A stretch of DNA of 64,000 nucleotides from Verrucomicrobiota bacterium (GCA_026397915.1 JAPLTX010000060.1:110210-174209), one strand, 5' to 3'. Positions 19,019 to 28,812 are shown, counted from the first letter of the stretch. Notes: generated by a model not told the origin, from the sequence alone. A program made the numbers and translations.

Positions 19019-20317
19019 GTGAAAAGCAAGAACCGCAAAGCCATCAACATCTCGTCGCGAAAAACCACGGCCGTCGCCAAGACTGCCGTTCACCGATCCG
19101 CCGGCAGGATCGTCAAACGCTTCAGCGCTCCCGGCGTCCAATATGCCGTCATCGAGATGGGGAAAGTCACCCGCCTCGCGTTGATGATCACGCCGGTTGG
19201 CCGCGGCCCGGTCCACATGCAACTCGGTGAAGCACTGCGCAGCCTCCGCACTGTCCTTGAGAAGCAGGCCGAGAAAATGAACGTGACCGTCCAAACAGTG
19301 TTCCTCAAGGACGCTGGCGACCAGACCCTGTGTGAGCAGATTCTTGCTGCGCGCTATGTGGACGAGCCGCCTGTCACGACGTTTGTTCACCAGCCGCCCT
19401 GCTCCGGCGCCGCGCTGGCGATCGAAGTGTGGGCCACCGGCGGCAAGACGGTGTATGTCGAACGGCCGTTGCCCAACGTGCTCCAAGTGAGCATGGGCAA
19501 CGTCACGTGGACACACTGCGGCGGCATTACGCCGCGGGACACGACCGGCAGCGTTTATGAACAATCGCTCGACGCGTTTAGCCAGATGAAGGAGAAGCTC
19601 AAGAAGTCCGGCGTCGAGATGGATCATCTCATCCGGACTTGGCTTTATTTGGGCAACATCACCGGCCCCGAAGGCGACCTCGAACGCTACATGGAGCTCA
19701 ACCGCGCCCGGACGGATTTTTATGAAGGCGTTCAATTTGGACGCGGGCACGTAATGGCCGGCGTGCGCCAAGCCGTTTACCCGGCGAGCACGGGCATCGG
19801 CATGTGCGGCGCGGTGATCACGATGAGTGCCACGGCCATTGACACGGATCGCAAGGACGTTTTCATCCTGCCGCTGGAGAACCCGCAGCAGACGCCTGTT
19901 TACGAGTATGAAGCAGTTTACTCGCCGAAAAGCCCGAAGTTCGTCCGCGCCATGGCCGAGGCGATCGGCGACTACGTCGTCATCTGGATCTCCGGCACGG
20001 CGAGCATCGTGAATTCCAAGACGCTGCACACCGGTAATCCCGGCAAGCAAGCCGACCAGACGCTCACCAATATCGAGTTGCTGCTCTCGCAGAAGAATCT
20101 CGCGCGGCACGGCGCGCCCGGCGCAGGAGCGACGCTGCGGGACTTGGCGAAGCTGCGCGTTTACGTGAAGCGGCCGCAGGATTATCCGGTCATCCGCAAA
20201 GTCTGTGAAAAACGGTGTGGGATAAACATCCCGATCATCTATGTCGTTGCGGACGTTTGCCGGTCGGATTTGCTGGTGGAGATGGAAGGTCTGGCCTTCG
20301 CCAAGCGAATCCGGTAG
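19019..20317 (+). CDS. RidA/YjgF-fold protein, FkbO/Hyg5/XanB2 chorismatase-like
   Basis: RTWLYLGNI, YPASTGIG, LENPQQTPVYEY, SPKF.RA, WISGTASI, ADVCRSDLLVEMEG. Confidence 0.72.
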   Translation: MKSKNRKAINISSRKTTAVAKTAVHRSAGRIVKRFSAPGVQYAVIEMGKVTRLALMITPVGRGPVHMQLGEALRSLRTVLEKQAEKMNVTVQTVFLKDAGDQTLCEQILAARYVDEPPVTTFVHQPPCSGAALAIEVWATGGKTVYVERPLPNVLQVSMGNVTWTHCGGITPRDTTGSVYEQSLDAFSQMKEKLKKSGVEMDHLIRTWLYLGNITGPEGDLERYMELNRARTDFYEGVQFGRGHVMAGVRQAVYPASTGIGMCGAVITMSATAIDTDRKDVFILPLENPQQTPVYEYEAVYSPKSPKFVRAMAEAIGDYVVIWISGTASIVNSKTLHTGNPGKQADQTLTNIELLLSQKNLARHGAPGAGATLRDLAKLRVYVKRPQDYPVIRKVCEKRCGINIPIIYVVADVCRSDLLVEMEGLAFAKRIR

Positions 20318-20337
20318 GACAGGCATCTTGCCTGTCC
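20314..20337 (+). repeat. GTAG-type REP-like palindrome
   Basis: GTAG foot overlapping the perfect hairpin GGACAGGCA-TCT-TGCCTGTCC. Confidence 0.7.
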
Positions 20338-20373
20338 CTCAGTCATCATCAACCAGTCAGGCTCAACGCCTCG

Positions 20374-22743
20374 ATGAAATCAGTTGTTCTGCTCGTCGTT
20401 CTGCCGTCGTTGCTTCTCGCCGCCGAACTGCCCGTGTCCGTCCTGCCTGCGGGCGTCGGCGTCAACATCCACTTCACCAAAGGTCGGGAGGCTGACCTCG
20501 ATCTTATCGCGGCGGCGGGATTCAAGTTCATCCGCATGGACTTCGGTTGGGCAGGCATCGAGCGCAAGAAGGGCGAATGCGACTGGTTGGCCTACGACGA
20601 GTTGACGGCGAATCTGGAGAAGCGTGGTCTGCGCGCGATCTACATCCTCGATTACTCCAACCCGCTCTACGAGGAAACCATTGCCATCACCGACAAGCGC
20701 ACCAAGCTCGAGCGCAAAGACATCGCCTCGCCGCAGCACCCGGAGAGCGTCGCGGCGTTCGCGCGCTGGGCTGGCGCGGCGGCGAAGCATTTCCGCGGTC
20801 GTCATGTCATCTGGGAAATCTGGAACGAGCCGAACATCAGCTTCTGGAAACCGAAGCCGGACGTGGCGCAATACATCGCCCTGACGCTGGCGACCTGCCG
20901 CGCCGTGCGCGCCGCCGACCCGCAGGCGACAATTGTCGCGCCGGCGTCGTCGGAGTTTCCGTGGACCTTCTTCGAATCGCTGTTCGCGTCAGGTGTCTTG
21001 AAGTATCTCGACGCCGTCAGCGTGCATCCATATCGGTCCTACAGCCATCCGCCGGAAACCGCCGCCGCCGATTACCTGCGGCTGCGCGGCCTCATCGCGA
21101 AATACGCGCCAGCCGGCAAGCGGAACCTGCCGGTCGTCAGCGGCGAATGGGGCTACGCCACGCACGACAAGGGCGTTTCGTTGGATACGCAGGCGGCGTT
21201 CATGGTTCGTCAGCAACTCGCCAACCTCCTCAACGACGTGCCGCTCTCGATCTGGTATGACTGGAAAAACGACGGCACGGACGCAGCCTACAGCGAACAC
21301 AACTTCGGCATCGTGGACAACCGGTTGAAGCCGAAGCCAGGCTACGTCGCGGCGCAGACGATGACGCGCGAACTGGCCGGCTACCGCGTCGCCCGTCGGC
21401 TTTCTCCGGCAGGCGCGCCGAACGACGACAATTTCATCCTGCTCTGCGAGAACGCCGCCGGCGACCATAAGCTCGCGGTGTGGACACTCGGCAAACCGCA
21501 CGCCGTAGCGCTCGACCTCGATCTGGCGGGTGCAGACCAGATCATGGCGGTGGACGGCGATGGCGGCGGCTACGTGCCACGACTCAGCCGCGACCAACTC
21601 ACCCTGGATTTGGGTCCGTTGCCGAAATACATCGCGCTGCGCCAGCGGACGCGCGCGTTGACGATGGCGGCGTCGTGGTCGGCGGCTGCAAAGTCGGGCG
21701 TGCTGGTCGAAGCCGGGGAGGCCGGCGGCGCGCAAGTGCGGGTGACACTGCGCAATCCCTATCCCGAACCGTTGCGTGTGGCGCTGGCGGTGGACGGGCT
21801 GGCCGACAAGTCCAAGCCGCTGTTGGTGGCATTGCCGCCGCAACGAACGATCGTGCAGGATATTCGCGGCACGCTCTGCCGGCGCGACCCGCCGACAACC
21901 ACCGTCACCGTGCAGGCGGAGTTCCAGCGGAAAACCGGGGCGAAGGTTTGGACGGCGTTCGCGCACTCATCGGAACGCGTGGCGTTCGTCATCGCGAATC
22001 CGTTGAGCGTCTTGATCATGCCGGTGGCGGACGGTATGCGGCTGCAAATCCAGAATCCGGCAGCGGCCGCATTCGCTGGCGTCGCCGTCGCGGGCGCTTC
22101 CACAAACAAAGTCTTGTTGAGCGTTGGACGGCGTGAGGCGGGTATCGCTCTGGGTGGCGTCGGCAACAGCCCGACGGGTGTGCAATTGCGCGACCGCAGC
22201 GGCAGCGTTGTGGTGGAGATTGCGCCGCGAACCTATCACAGCATCGAGGCGGCTGCGTTCCGGGCGGCGCTCGACGGCGACGCAAAGATCACCGCCACCG
22301 CCAGCATCACCCTCGCTGCCGCGCCGGGCGGCAAGGACGCGCCGTTTCCGAAAGCGTTCCGGATCAATTACAACTTCGACACCGGCTGGCGATTCGTTCG
22401 CTGCGTGCCGGACGCGCCAAAGCCGCTCCCGATCGCGGGCCGGCCGCAAGCGCTCGGCGTGTGGGTCTTTGGCGACAACTCCGGCTGCTCCTTGCACCTG
22501 CGCATCCGCGACGAGAGTGGCCAGACGTTTCAGTTCGGTGGGCCGAAGGTCGAGTGGACCGGCTGGCGATGGGTGACGTTCGACCTGGCTGACCTGCGCC
22601 GGGCCAGCCACTGGGGTGGTGCGAACGACGGCACCATCCACGGCGCGCTACGATGGGATTGTCCGTTGCTACTCGACGGCCTTCGCCAGAAAACCGTCGG
22701 CACCGTTTGGTTTGCGGGCTTGACGTTGATCGCTGCAGATTAG
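20374..22743 (+). CDS. Secreted clan GH-A glycoside hydrolase (GH5/GH39-like) with C-terminal CBM-like domain
   Basis: Signal peptide, FIRMDFGW, acid/base WEIWNEPN, VSVHPY, nucleophile SGEWGY, C-terminal GVWVFGDNSG..V.WTGWRWVTFDL. Confidence 0.85.
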   Translation: MKSVVLLVVLPSLLLAAELPVSVLPAGVGVNIHFTKGREADLDLIAAAGFKFIRMDFGWAGIERKKGECDWLAYDELTANLEKRGLRAIYILDYSNPLYEETIAITDKRTKLERKDIASPQHPESVAAFARWAGAAAKHFRGRHVIWEIWNEPNISFWKPKPDVAQYIALTLATCRAVRAADPQATIVAPASSEFPWTFFESLFASGVLKYLDAVSVHPYRSYSHPPETAAADYLRLRGLIAKYAPAGKRNLPVVSGEWGYATHDKGVSLDTQAAFMVRQQLANLLNDVPLSIWYDWKNDGTDAAYSEHNFGIVDNRLKPKPGYVAAQTMTRELAGYRVARRLSPAGAPNDDNFILLCENAAGDHKLAVWTLGKPHAVALDLDLAGADQIMAVDGDGGGYVPRLSRDQLTLDLGPLPKYIALRQRTRALTMAASWSAAAKSGVLVEAGEAGGAQVRVTLRNPYPEPLRVALAVDGLADKSKPLLVALPPQRTIVQDIRGTLCRRDPPTTTVTVQAEFQRKTGAKVWTAFAHSSERVAFVIANPLSVLIMPVADGMRLQIQNPAAAAFAGVAVAGASTNKVLLSVGRREAGIALGGVGNSPTGVQLRDRSGSVVVEIAPRTYHSIEAAAFRAALDGDAKITATASITLAAAPGGKDAPFPKAFRINYNFDTGWRFVRCVPDAPKPLPIAGRPQALGVWVFGDNSGCSLHLRIRDESGQTFQFGGPKVEWTGWRWVTFDLADLRRASHWGGANDGTIHGALRWDCPLLLDGLRQKTVGTVWFAGLTLIAAD

Positions 22744-22817
22744 CGGGACTCGTCGGCATCGGGATCCCTGTTCTTGCCGGTAAAGGGCGCATTGCCTGAA
22801 CGCCCTTGGGCGGCGTT

Positions 22818-22903
22818 GTAGAGTTGGCCGTCTCGGCCGATAAGATTGTTTGATGCGAAATCCTCTCAAAACGCCGCAACTTTGCCGCCGAGACGGCTGC
22901 TAC
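22818..22903. repeat. Degenerate inverted REP doublet
   Basis: GCCGTCTCGGC (22827-22837) is inverted at 22887-22897. Each arm is preceded by GTAG on its own strand. Confidence 0.5.
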
Positions 22904-22964
22904 TATAACGCTCCAGCCGCATCTTCCTTTCGGGCAACGCACCTTGTGAAGCGCGTTTCCCCAC

Positions 22965-22992
22965 TTGACGTTTTGGGAGGGCCGCGTAAGCT
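22965..22992 (+). promoter_or_regulatory. Sigma70-type promoter of tRNA-Ser
   Basis: TTGACG-N16-TAAGCT followed by a GC-rich discriminator, ~20 nt before the tRNA. Confidence 0.6.
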
Positions 22993-23013
22993 GCCGCGCA
23001 GGTTTGGCCGAGC

Positions 23014-23105
23014 GGAGAGGTGCCTGAGTGGCCGAAAGGGGCGGTTTGCTAAACCGTTGTAGCCGTAAAAAGCTACCCAGGGTTCGAATCCCTGCCTCTC
23101 CGCCA
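23014..23105 (+). tRNA. tRNA-Ser(GCT)
   Basis: Acceptor GGAGAGG/CCTCTCC + GCCA, D-loop GAGTGGCCGAAA, anticodon stem GCGGT-TTGCTAA-ACCGT, long variable arm GTAGC..GCTAC, T-loop GGTTCGAATCC. Confidence 0.97.
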
Positions 23106-23590
23106 TCTTTGCGCTGCCAGCAATCAGGGGTTTTCCAAACAGCGGCTTGTTCGCATAACGCATACCCCATTGCATTGAGTTGCGGCTGTGCCGGTTCCAA
23201 AAAAGAAAGCGTGGATCAGAATTCCCGAGCTGCTACTGCACTCGAACCGCTGCTTCCTGATCCACGTCAAAACTCTCTGCTGAATTGCTGCCACAATAAT
23301 TTGTTTGGACGATCTCGCAAGCCCTGATTAGCGGCTGCGTCTTTCGACGGGTGTTGAAACTCTTTAGAAACGTCCCCCTTGCTAACTCACGAGAGACTGT
23401 CCCTTTTGTTGCCTGTGGTTTGTTGTCTTGTTTCTGCGGCTGGGGGCGCGGGACGGGCTGAGCAGCTCGCGGGCGATTTCACACGACGGGGATTGAATTG
23501 GGGGGCGACTTCGGCTATGGCTGTCGGCGTCGCTCCGACGCCAGAGGGGCGCAATGGTTTCTGAGCAATCAACAACTCATGTGAATTTCT

Positions 23591-25714
23591 GTGACATCGT
23601 TCTCTGAAAATCTTCGCCGTGTGCTTGTCGTGCTGGCGCTGCTGGTGCTTTGGGGCGGCGCGACGTGGTTCAAGGCGGCGCGCGTGTTGGAGAACGCGAA
23701 GTTCAGTTCCTCGGATGACACGGCCATGTTCTGGGGGCAGGATGCGGTGCGTTACCGCTACGCGAAGATGCTGGCGGCAGGCATGGTGTTGCCCGCGCAG
23801 GACAAGGCGCTGGGCTGGCCAGAGGGACAAGACACGCGCGCGGCGGACAGTTGGGTGATGGAGAAGCTGGCGGCGGTCGCCTACCGGGAGGTGGTGTTGA
23901 AAACCGGCGCGGTGCCGTTTCATGTATTTATGTGGTGGTGGTGGAGCGCGCTGACGACACTGGCGGTGTGGCCGATTTACGCGTTGTCGAGGCGCGTGTG
24001 GAACCAGCGGCTGGCGGGAATTGCGAGCGCCTGTTTGTGGGCGAGTGCGTTTGGCGGGCTGCACGCGACCGCCGGGCTGCGGCTGTCCGTGACCGACGCA
24101 GCTTTGCCGTGGTTGTTCTTGACGGTGCATTTCTTTGTGACGGCGGCGGGCGGGCGGCAACTGTGGCGTGCGCTGCTGGCGGCCGGTTGTTGTTGTTGGA
24201 CGCTGGCGATCTGGCCGGGCGCGACGTGGTTCTTGTTGCTGATGATGGTGTTGGGGGCGGCGATTGATTTCCACCACTTGTCGTTCGACCTGGTCACGGA
24301 ACTCAGACCGGGCGCGACGGCGCGCACGATTCAGGGCCGGTCTCTTTACGCGCCTGTTGCATTGTTGGTATTGGCGATCATGGGCGCGGGGTTGACGGTG
24401 CCAACGCTGCAAGCGCGAGGCACGGCTTGGTCGTTGCCGGTGTGCTTTGGTGGCGCGTGGGTGTTGCTGGGAGGGCTGTTGCGGGTGGCGCGTCTGCCGT
24501 TGCCGGATCGTTGGAGGGTGACGGACGGAACGGCCGTGCTGATGCCGTTTGAGTTTCGCTGGCGGCGACGGCTGATCTCGATCGGGTTGTATGCGATCAC
24601 GTTCGGGGCGCTCGTCGCGTCGGCGCTGGCGTTGCAGTGGTGGCGCGGCACGCAGTTCTCGGAATTCATGCTGCTGGTTCGCCTGGCGGCCAGCAAGCTG
24701 GCGCATTTCGGCCAGATGCCGTTGTTGCCGTATGCGCTGAACGATGAGGTGCGGTTGCTGTGGTCGCTCGTGGCACAGAATCCGGCGGCAACGACGTGGT
24801 GGCTGTCGGCAGCCGGGCTGATTCTGCTGACACCGCTGGCAATCGCGCTGCCGTTCATCCAGGCACGGCACGCCGTCGGGGCAATCGCCATTGCCAGCGG
24901 CGCGCGGGTGACGTTGCCCTTCGAGCGCGCGTTGTTGGCGGCGCTGGCGGGATCGTTCAGCCTGTTGTGGTTGCTGGCGGCGAGGCTGGACGGTTGTTTC
25001 GCGTGGGCGGCGGCCGTGATGGCAGGATCGCTGGTGGATCTTGCTTTGAATGTGGGCCGTTATCCGCCGTTGTGGCGGCTGGGAAACCGGCCGCGGTTCT
25101 TCGCGGCGTTCTTGCTGCTAACGGCGCTGGCGGCCAATCTCATCGGGCTGAGAGTTTACAGTGGCACGGACGTTCCCCCGCACCAAAGTCAATTGCTGGC
25201 GTTGGTCAAACAGATTCGCTATCGCACCGAGCCTGACGCCCCGCTGGCCGCGCCGCCGCAACTCAGCGGCACGCTGGCCGCGGACACTGGCCGGCCGGTG
25301 CTATGGCGGGGCGACGTGCTCGATGGCGACAATCGCGCGGCGCTGTTGGAGTTCAACAACGCGATATTCGGTTCGGAGGCGGAGTTGACGGCGTATTGCC
25401 GGCATCGCGGCGCGCGTTATCTGGTGGTGGACGTGGAGACGTTGACGGCGGTGGATTCCGGCCGCGCGCGCTATGACAGCAATCATCCGGTCGTGTCGGA
25501 AGACTGCGCGGCTTACCGGCTGCATTTTGCGCCGGAGAAGCTGCGCAGTTTCCAATTGGTTTACACCGGGCCGATTTACCGGCTCTACCGGGTATTGGCG
25601 GCGGGCGAGCAAGCATCACCGGTCGCGCCCACGCCGCTGGCGGAGGCGTATTTCCCGACATGGGACCGCGCAAACTACAGCGCCGACCGGCTGCGGTTGT
25701 TGCCGCAAAAGTGA
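23591..25714 (+). CDS. STT3/AglB/DPY19-like GT-C membrane protein with divergent motifs
   Basis: After TM1: QDAVRYRYAKMLAAG..LP..D...WPEG; ~12 TM segments; soluble C-terminal IRYRTEPDA......TGRPVL....SEAELTAYCRHRGARYLVVD; no WWDxG. Confidence 0.62.
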   Translation: MTSFSENLRRVLVVLALLVLWGGATWFKAARVLENAKFSSSDDTAMFWGQDAVRYRYAKMLAAGMVLPAQDKALGWPEGQDTRAADSWVMEKLAAVAYREVVLKTGAVPFHVFMWWWWSALTTLAVWPIYALSRRVWNQRLAGIASACLWASAFGGLHATAGLRLSVTDAALPWLFLTVHFFVTAAGGRQLWRALLAAGCCCWTLAIWPGATWFLLLMMVLGAAIDFHHLSFDLVTELRPGATARTIQGRSLYAPVALLVLAIMGAGLTVPTLQARGTAWSLPVCFGGAWVLLGGLLRVARLPLPDRWRVTDGTAVLMPFEFRWRRRLISIGLYAITFGALVASALALQWWRGTQFSEFMLLVRLAASKLAHFGQMPLLPYALNDEVRLLWSLVAQNPAATTWWLSAAGLILLTPLAIALPFIQARHAVGAIAIASGARVTLPFERALLAALAGSFSLLWLLAARLDGCFAWAAAVMAGSLVDLALNVGRYPPLWRLGNRPRFFAAFLLLTALAANLIGLRVYSGTDVPPHQSQLLALVKQIRYRTEPDAPLAAPPQLSGTLAADTGRPVLWRGDVLDGDNRAALLEFNNAIFGSEAELTAYCRHRGARYLVVDVETLTAVDSGRARYDSNHPVVSEDCAAYRLHFAPEKLRSFQLVYTGPIYRLYRVLAAGEQASPVAPTPLAEAYFPTWDRANYSADRLRLLPQK

Positions 25715-25757
25715 CGGGGGTTGCCGTCACCGAGGACGTGTATTAGGTTCGGTGGTC

Positions 25758-26312
25758 ATGAGAACAGCAATTCTGATCTTAAGCGGTATGGCGGCCTTGG
25801 CGGCTGTTGTCATGGCCAGCGATAAACCGATCTTCCCGCCGCCTCAAACCGCGCCGAAGTTCAAAGAGGTGGAGGTCAACGTCGCCCATGAACCGACGGT
25901 GACGCCGCTGGAGGTCGAACGGCGATTGCGGTGGCGCGCAGAGCGGGAATTGTGTTCGCGCAAAGAGCCGAGCTTCAAGTCTGGCAGGAACGGTTTGCAT
26001 GTGGACATCAAGTTCATCCACTTCATCGAGCCGAAGCTGCCGATTCCGCAAACGTGGCGGGCGGTTCCGGGGCCGGGCGGCACCCGGGTCATGATGCCAC
26101 AAACGCCGCCGATGCCGACACCGCCGATCGGTGAAGCGCGGATTCTGCTCACGTTCAGCGAGGCTGACGGCACGAGACTGAGCCAGTTCGACATCGTCCA
26201 ACCCGTGCCGTTGCGAATGGACCTGGACGAAGAGAATGGCTATATCGGCGCCACGGCGAAGATCGCCGCCGAATACGCCCGCTACTACTTTCTCGAAAAG
26301 CCCGCCAAGTAG
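25758..26312 (+). CDS. Hypothetical exported proline-rich protein
   Basis: Signal-peptide-like MRTAILILSGMAALAAVVMA, coding-like composition, TTGCCG-N17-TAGGTT upstream. Confidence 0.68.
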   Translation: MRTAILILSGMAALAAVVMASDKPIFPPPQTAPKFKEVEVNVAHEPTVTPLEVERRLRWRAERELCSRKEPSFKSGRNGLHVDIKFIHFIEPKLPIPQTWRAVPGPGGTRVMMPQTPPMPTPPIGEARILLTFSEADGTRLSQFDIVQPVPLRMDLDEENGYIGATAKIAAEYARYYFLEKPAK

Positions 26313-26317
26313 CGCGC

Positions 26318-27469
26318 TCAGGCGACGACGAACGGCAGCTTCGGAAACTCCCGGCCCAGGACTGCCAGATGGTTTGCGCCCAGCCAGCCGTCCAGCACGG
26401 TGGCATAGACGCTCCGGAAATCCGTCGTGCATTTCAGGTCGCCGAAGTCGAGATCGGCCAGGTTCGGCGGCTCGCCGTAAATGCCGCCGTGGACCGGCCT
26501 GCCCCAGATGAACATGGGCGACGCGGCGCCGTGATCGGTGCCCTGTGAACCGTTCTCGGCCACACGCCGGCCAAACTCACTGAAGCTCATCACCACCACC
26601 CGGTCGTCAAGGCCGCGGTTTTCCAGATCGGCGAAGAACGCACGCAGCCCGTCACTCACTTCGGCCCAGAGGCGGCCGTGCGCGGCCGGCTCGTTGGCGT
26701 GCGTGTCGAAACCGGTGATGTCGTGGTGATAGACGCGCGCGCCGAGTTCGCCGTCAATCAGTGTTGCGATCCGCTTCAGACCAGCCGCAAAGCGTGTGTT
26801 GGGATACTTTGCGCCGCTCGATCCGGCGTGCCGCAGCAGGTCGCGGGTTTTCTCCAACGCCGCTTGCGCCACTTCGCCGGCATTACCTTCCGTTTGGAAC
26901 GCGGAGGGGTTCTCCTGGAGATGGATGCCGGCGATGCCGTGTCCCTTCAACGTTTGCGGCGCCTCCATGCCGACGCTGACACCCAAAGTCGGCGGGTTGC
27001 CGTCGAAGCAACGGCCGATCCAGCCGCAAGTTTCCTCTCCAGCCTCTGCGGCCGTGTGCCACATCTCCAGCGCGCGGAAATGGCTGCGATCCGCGTTTGG
27101 ACAACCGACGCCGTTGATGACGGCCATGCGACCGGACTCCCACAAGCCCATCAGCGGTCGCAGGCTCGGATGGAACCCGAGACGATCCGCATAGCGGTCG
27201 CCGCCGAGCTTCAGCACATGGCCCGGCTGGATGGCGATCACCGGCCGCGCGCTGTAATAAGCGTCGTCACTGAACGGCACAACCGTATTGAGGCCGTCAT
27301 TGCCGCCGCTGAGTTGGATGACGACGAGGATTCTGTCGCGCGGAGAGGCGGCCCGTGCCGTCCGCGTGGCCAACGACGACGCGGTCCAGCCGGCCGCCGC
27401 CAGCCCGATGCCGCTCAGTCCCGTGGTCCGCAGAAACTCACGCCGTGTCAACGTCGGTTGTGATTTCAT
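26318..27469 (-). CDS. DUF1501 family protein, Tat-exported
   Basis: TRREFL Tat motif, LVVIQLSGGNDGLNTVVP, RSHF, GFDTHA, FSEFGRRVAENGSQGTDHG, DFRSVYAT. Confidence 0.9.
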   Translation of the reverse strand: MKSQPTLTRREFLRTTGLSGIGLAAAGWTASSLATRTARAASPRDRILVVIQLSGGNDGLNTVVPFSDDAYYSARPVIAIQPGHVLKLGGDRYADRLGFHPSLRPLMGLWESGRMAVINGVGCPNADRSHFRALEMWHTAAEAGEETCGWIGRCFDGNPPTLGVSVGMEAPQTLKGHGIAGIHLQENPSAFQTEGNAGEVAQAALEKTRDLLRHAGSSGAKYPNTRFAAGLKRIATLIDGELGARVYHHDITGFDTHANEPAAHGRLWAEVSDGLRAFFADLENRGLDDRVVVMSFSEFGRRVAENGSQGTDHGAASPMFIWGRPVHGGIYGEPPNLADLDFGDLKCTTDFRSVYATVLDGWLGANHLAVLGREFPKLPFVVA

Positions 27470-27529
27470 AGCTCGTCTTCTTGTCCTCACGTTTCGGTTT
27501 CCAGAAATCGTCACTGCGAACAGCCAGCC

Positions 27530-28045
27530 TCAGTGCATCAAGGCCAGACGTTTGATGTCCATCGCGCGCCACCACTCGACCAGTTCGCCGGGGCCAACAC
27601 CGAAACCGGTGATCTCAATGATAAACCGTCCTTCGATCACGCCACGGATGGTTCCCTGGCGATCCTGTTTCGCGTAATGTTCATGCACCGGGTAGCCGTC
27701 CATCTTATAGCTTTTGTAATAGCCGGTCGCTCCTTCCTCGCTGATCTCTTTTACGGTTCGGAACTCGGCGTAGAGCTTGCTGTTGTAGGCACCGTCGGTG
27801 ATTTTGGCCCGGATGACTTTCTTCGGATTCGCCTTGTTTGCGTATTGCCGCGACGCTTCCGTGATGTCCGCGCCATCGGCGACCATCTTGACGCCGGCCG
27901 GCTTGGTTTTCTCGTAACCTTCCGGCGTGCGCGGCAGGCAATAGATGAGATTGACATAGTGGACCGGCTCGATGCCCTTCTGCGCGAGCGACGCGACAAC
28001 GAAGCCCGCCGCCATCAGACCGATTACAAACAAACGTTTGATCAC
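27530..28045 (-). CDS. Hypothetical exported protein
   Basis: Signal peptide (VIKRLFVIGLMAAGFVVASLA) followed by a compact alpha/beta domain. Probable GTG start. Confidence 0.7.
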   Translation of the reverse strand: MIKRLFVIGLMAAGFVVASLAQKGIEPVHYVNLIYCLPRTPEGYEKTKPAGVKMVADGADITEASRQYANKANPKKVIRAKITDGAYNSKLYAEFRTVKEISEEGATGYYKSYKMDGYPVHEHYAKQDRQGTIRGVIEGRFIIEITGFGVGPGELVEWWRAMDIKRLALMH

Positions 28046-28204
28046 GGCCGCAACGCTAACAACGCCCCGCAGCCCGCGCAAGTTTGATTCTCTGCTTCTC
28101 TGCTGCACAATCCGTCGTTTCCATACTTGCGCAGTCGTGGCGGGCCGCCTAGATTCCGCCGCTGTTATCAAACACTGAACAATAAAGAGGAGACCTTAAA
28201 AACC

Positions 28205-28786
28205 ATGGAACACAAACTGCCCGCGTTGCCGTTCGCCAAGGACGCTTTGGCGCCGATCATCTCTGCCGAGACAATTGACTATCACTACGGCAAACACCAC
28301 GCGACCTACGTCGCCAACCTGAACAAACTCATCCCCGGCACCGAGTTTGAAAACCTGACGCTGGACCAGATCGTCAAGAAAGCCACCCCCGGTGGCCTCT
28401 TCAACAACGCCGCGCAGGTCTGGAACCACACGTTCTACTGGAATTGCCTCTCGCCCAAGGGCGGCGGCGAGCCGACCGGTGCGCTGGCCGACGCGATCAA
28501 GAAGGCGTTCGGCACCTTTGCGCAGTTCCAGGAGAAGTTTGCCGCCACCGCCGTGGGGACGTTCGGCTCCGGCTGGGCATGGCTGGTGAAGAATCCCGAT
28601 GGCTCCCTCGCCATTGAGAGCACCAGCAACGCCGGCACGCCGCTCACCACCGCCAAGAAGCCGCTGCTCACGTGCGATGTGTGGGAGCATGCCTACTACA
28701 TTGACTACCGCAACGCCCGCGCCGGTTACGTCGAGAAGTTCTGGAAGCTCGCGAACTGGTCGTTCGTCGCCGACAACCTGAAGTAA
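28205..28786 (+). CDS. sodB: Fe superoxide dismutase
   Basis: [29 protein letters not shown] (Fe-type Gln), [28 protein letters not shown] upstream. Confidence 0.97.
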   Translation: MEHKLPALPFAKDALAPIISAETIDYHYGKHHATYVANLNKLIPGTEFENLTLDQIVKKATPGGLFNNAAQVWNHTFYWNCLSPKGGGEPTGALADAIKKAFGTFAQFQEKFAATAVGTFGSGWAWLVKNPDGSLAIESTSNAGTPLTTAKKPLLTCDVWEHAYYIDYRNARAGYVEKFWKLANWSFVADNLK

Positions 28787-28812
28787 CAACGACGCGGCAA
28801 CCCGCTGTCACG

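Noticed and set aside
23014-23105. Intact integrative element at tRNA-Ser
   Set aside because: No integrase nearby, and I saw no duplicate of the tRNA 3' end in the window.
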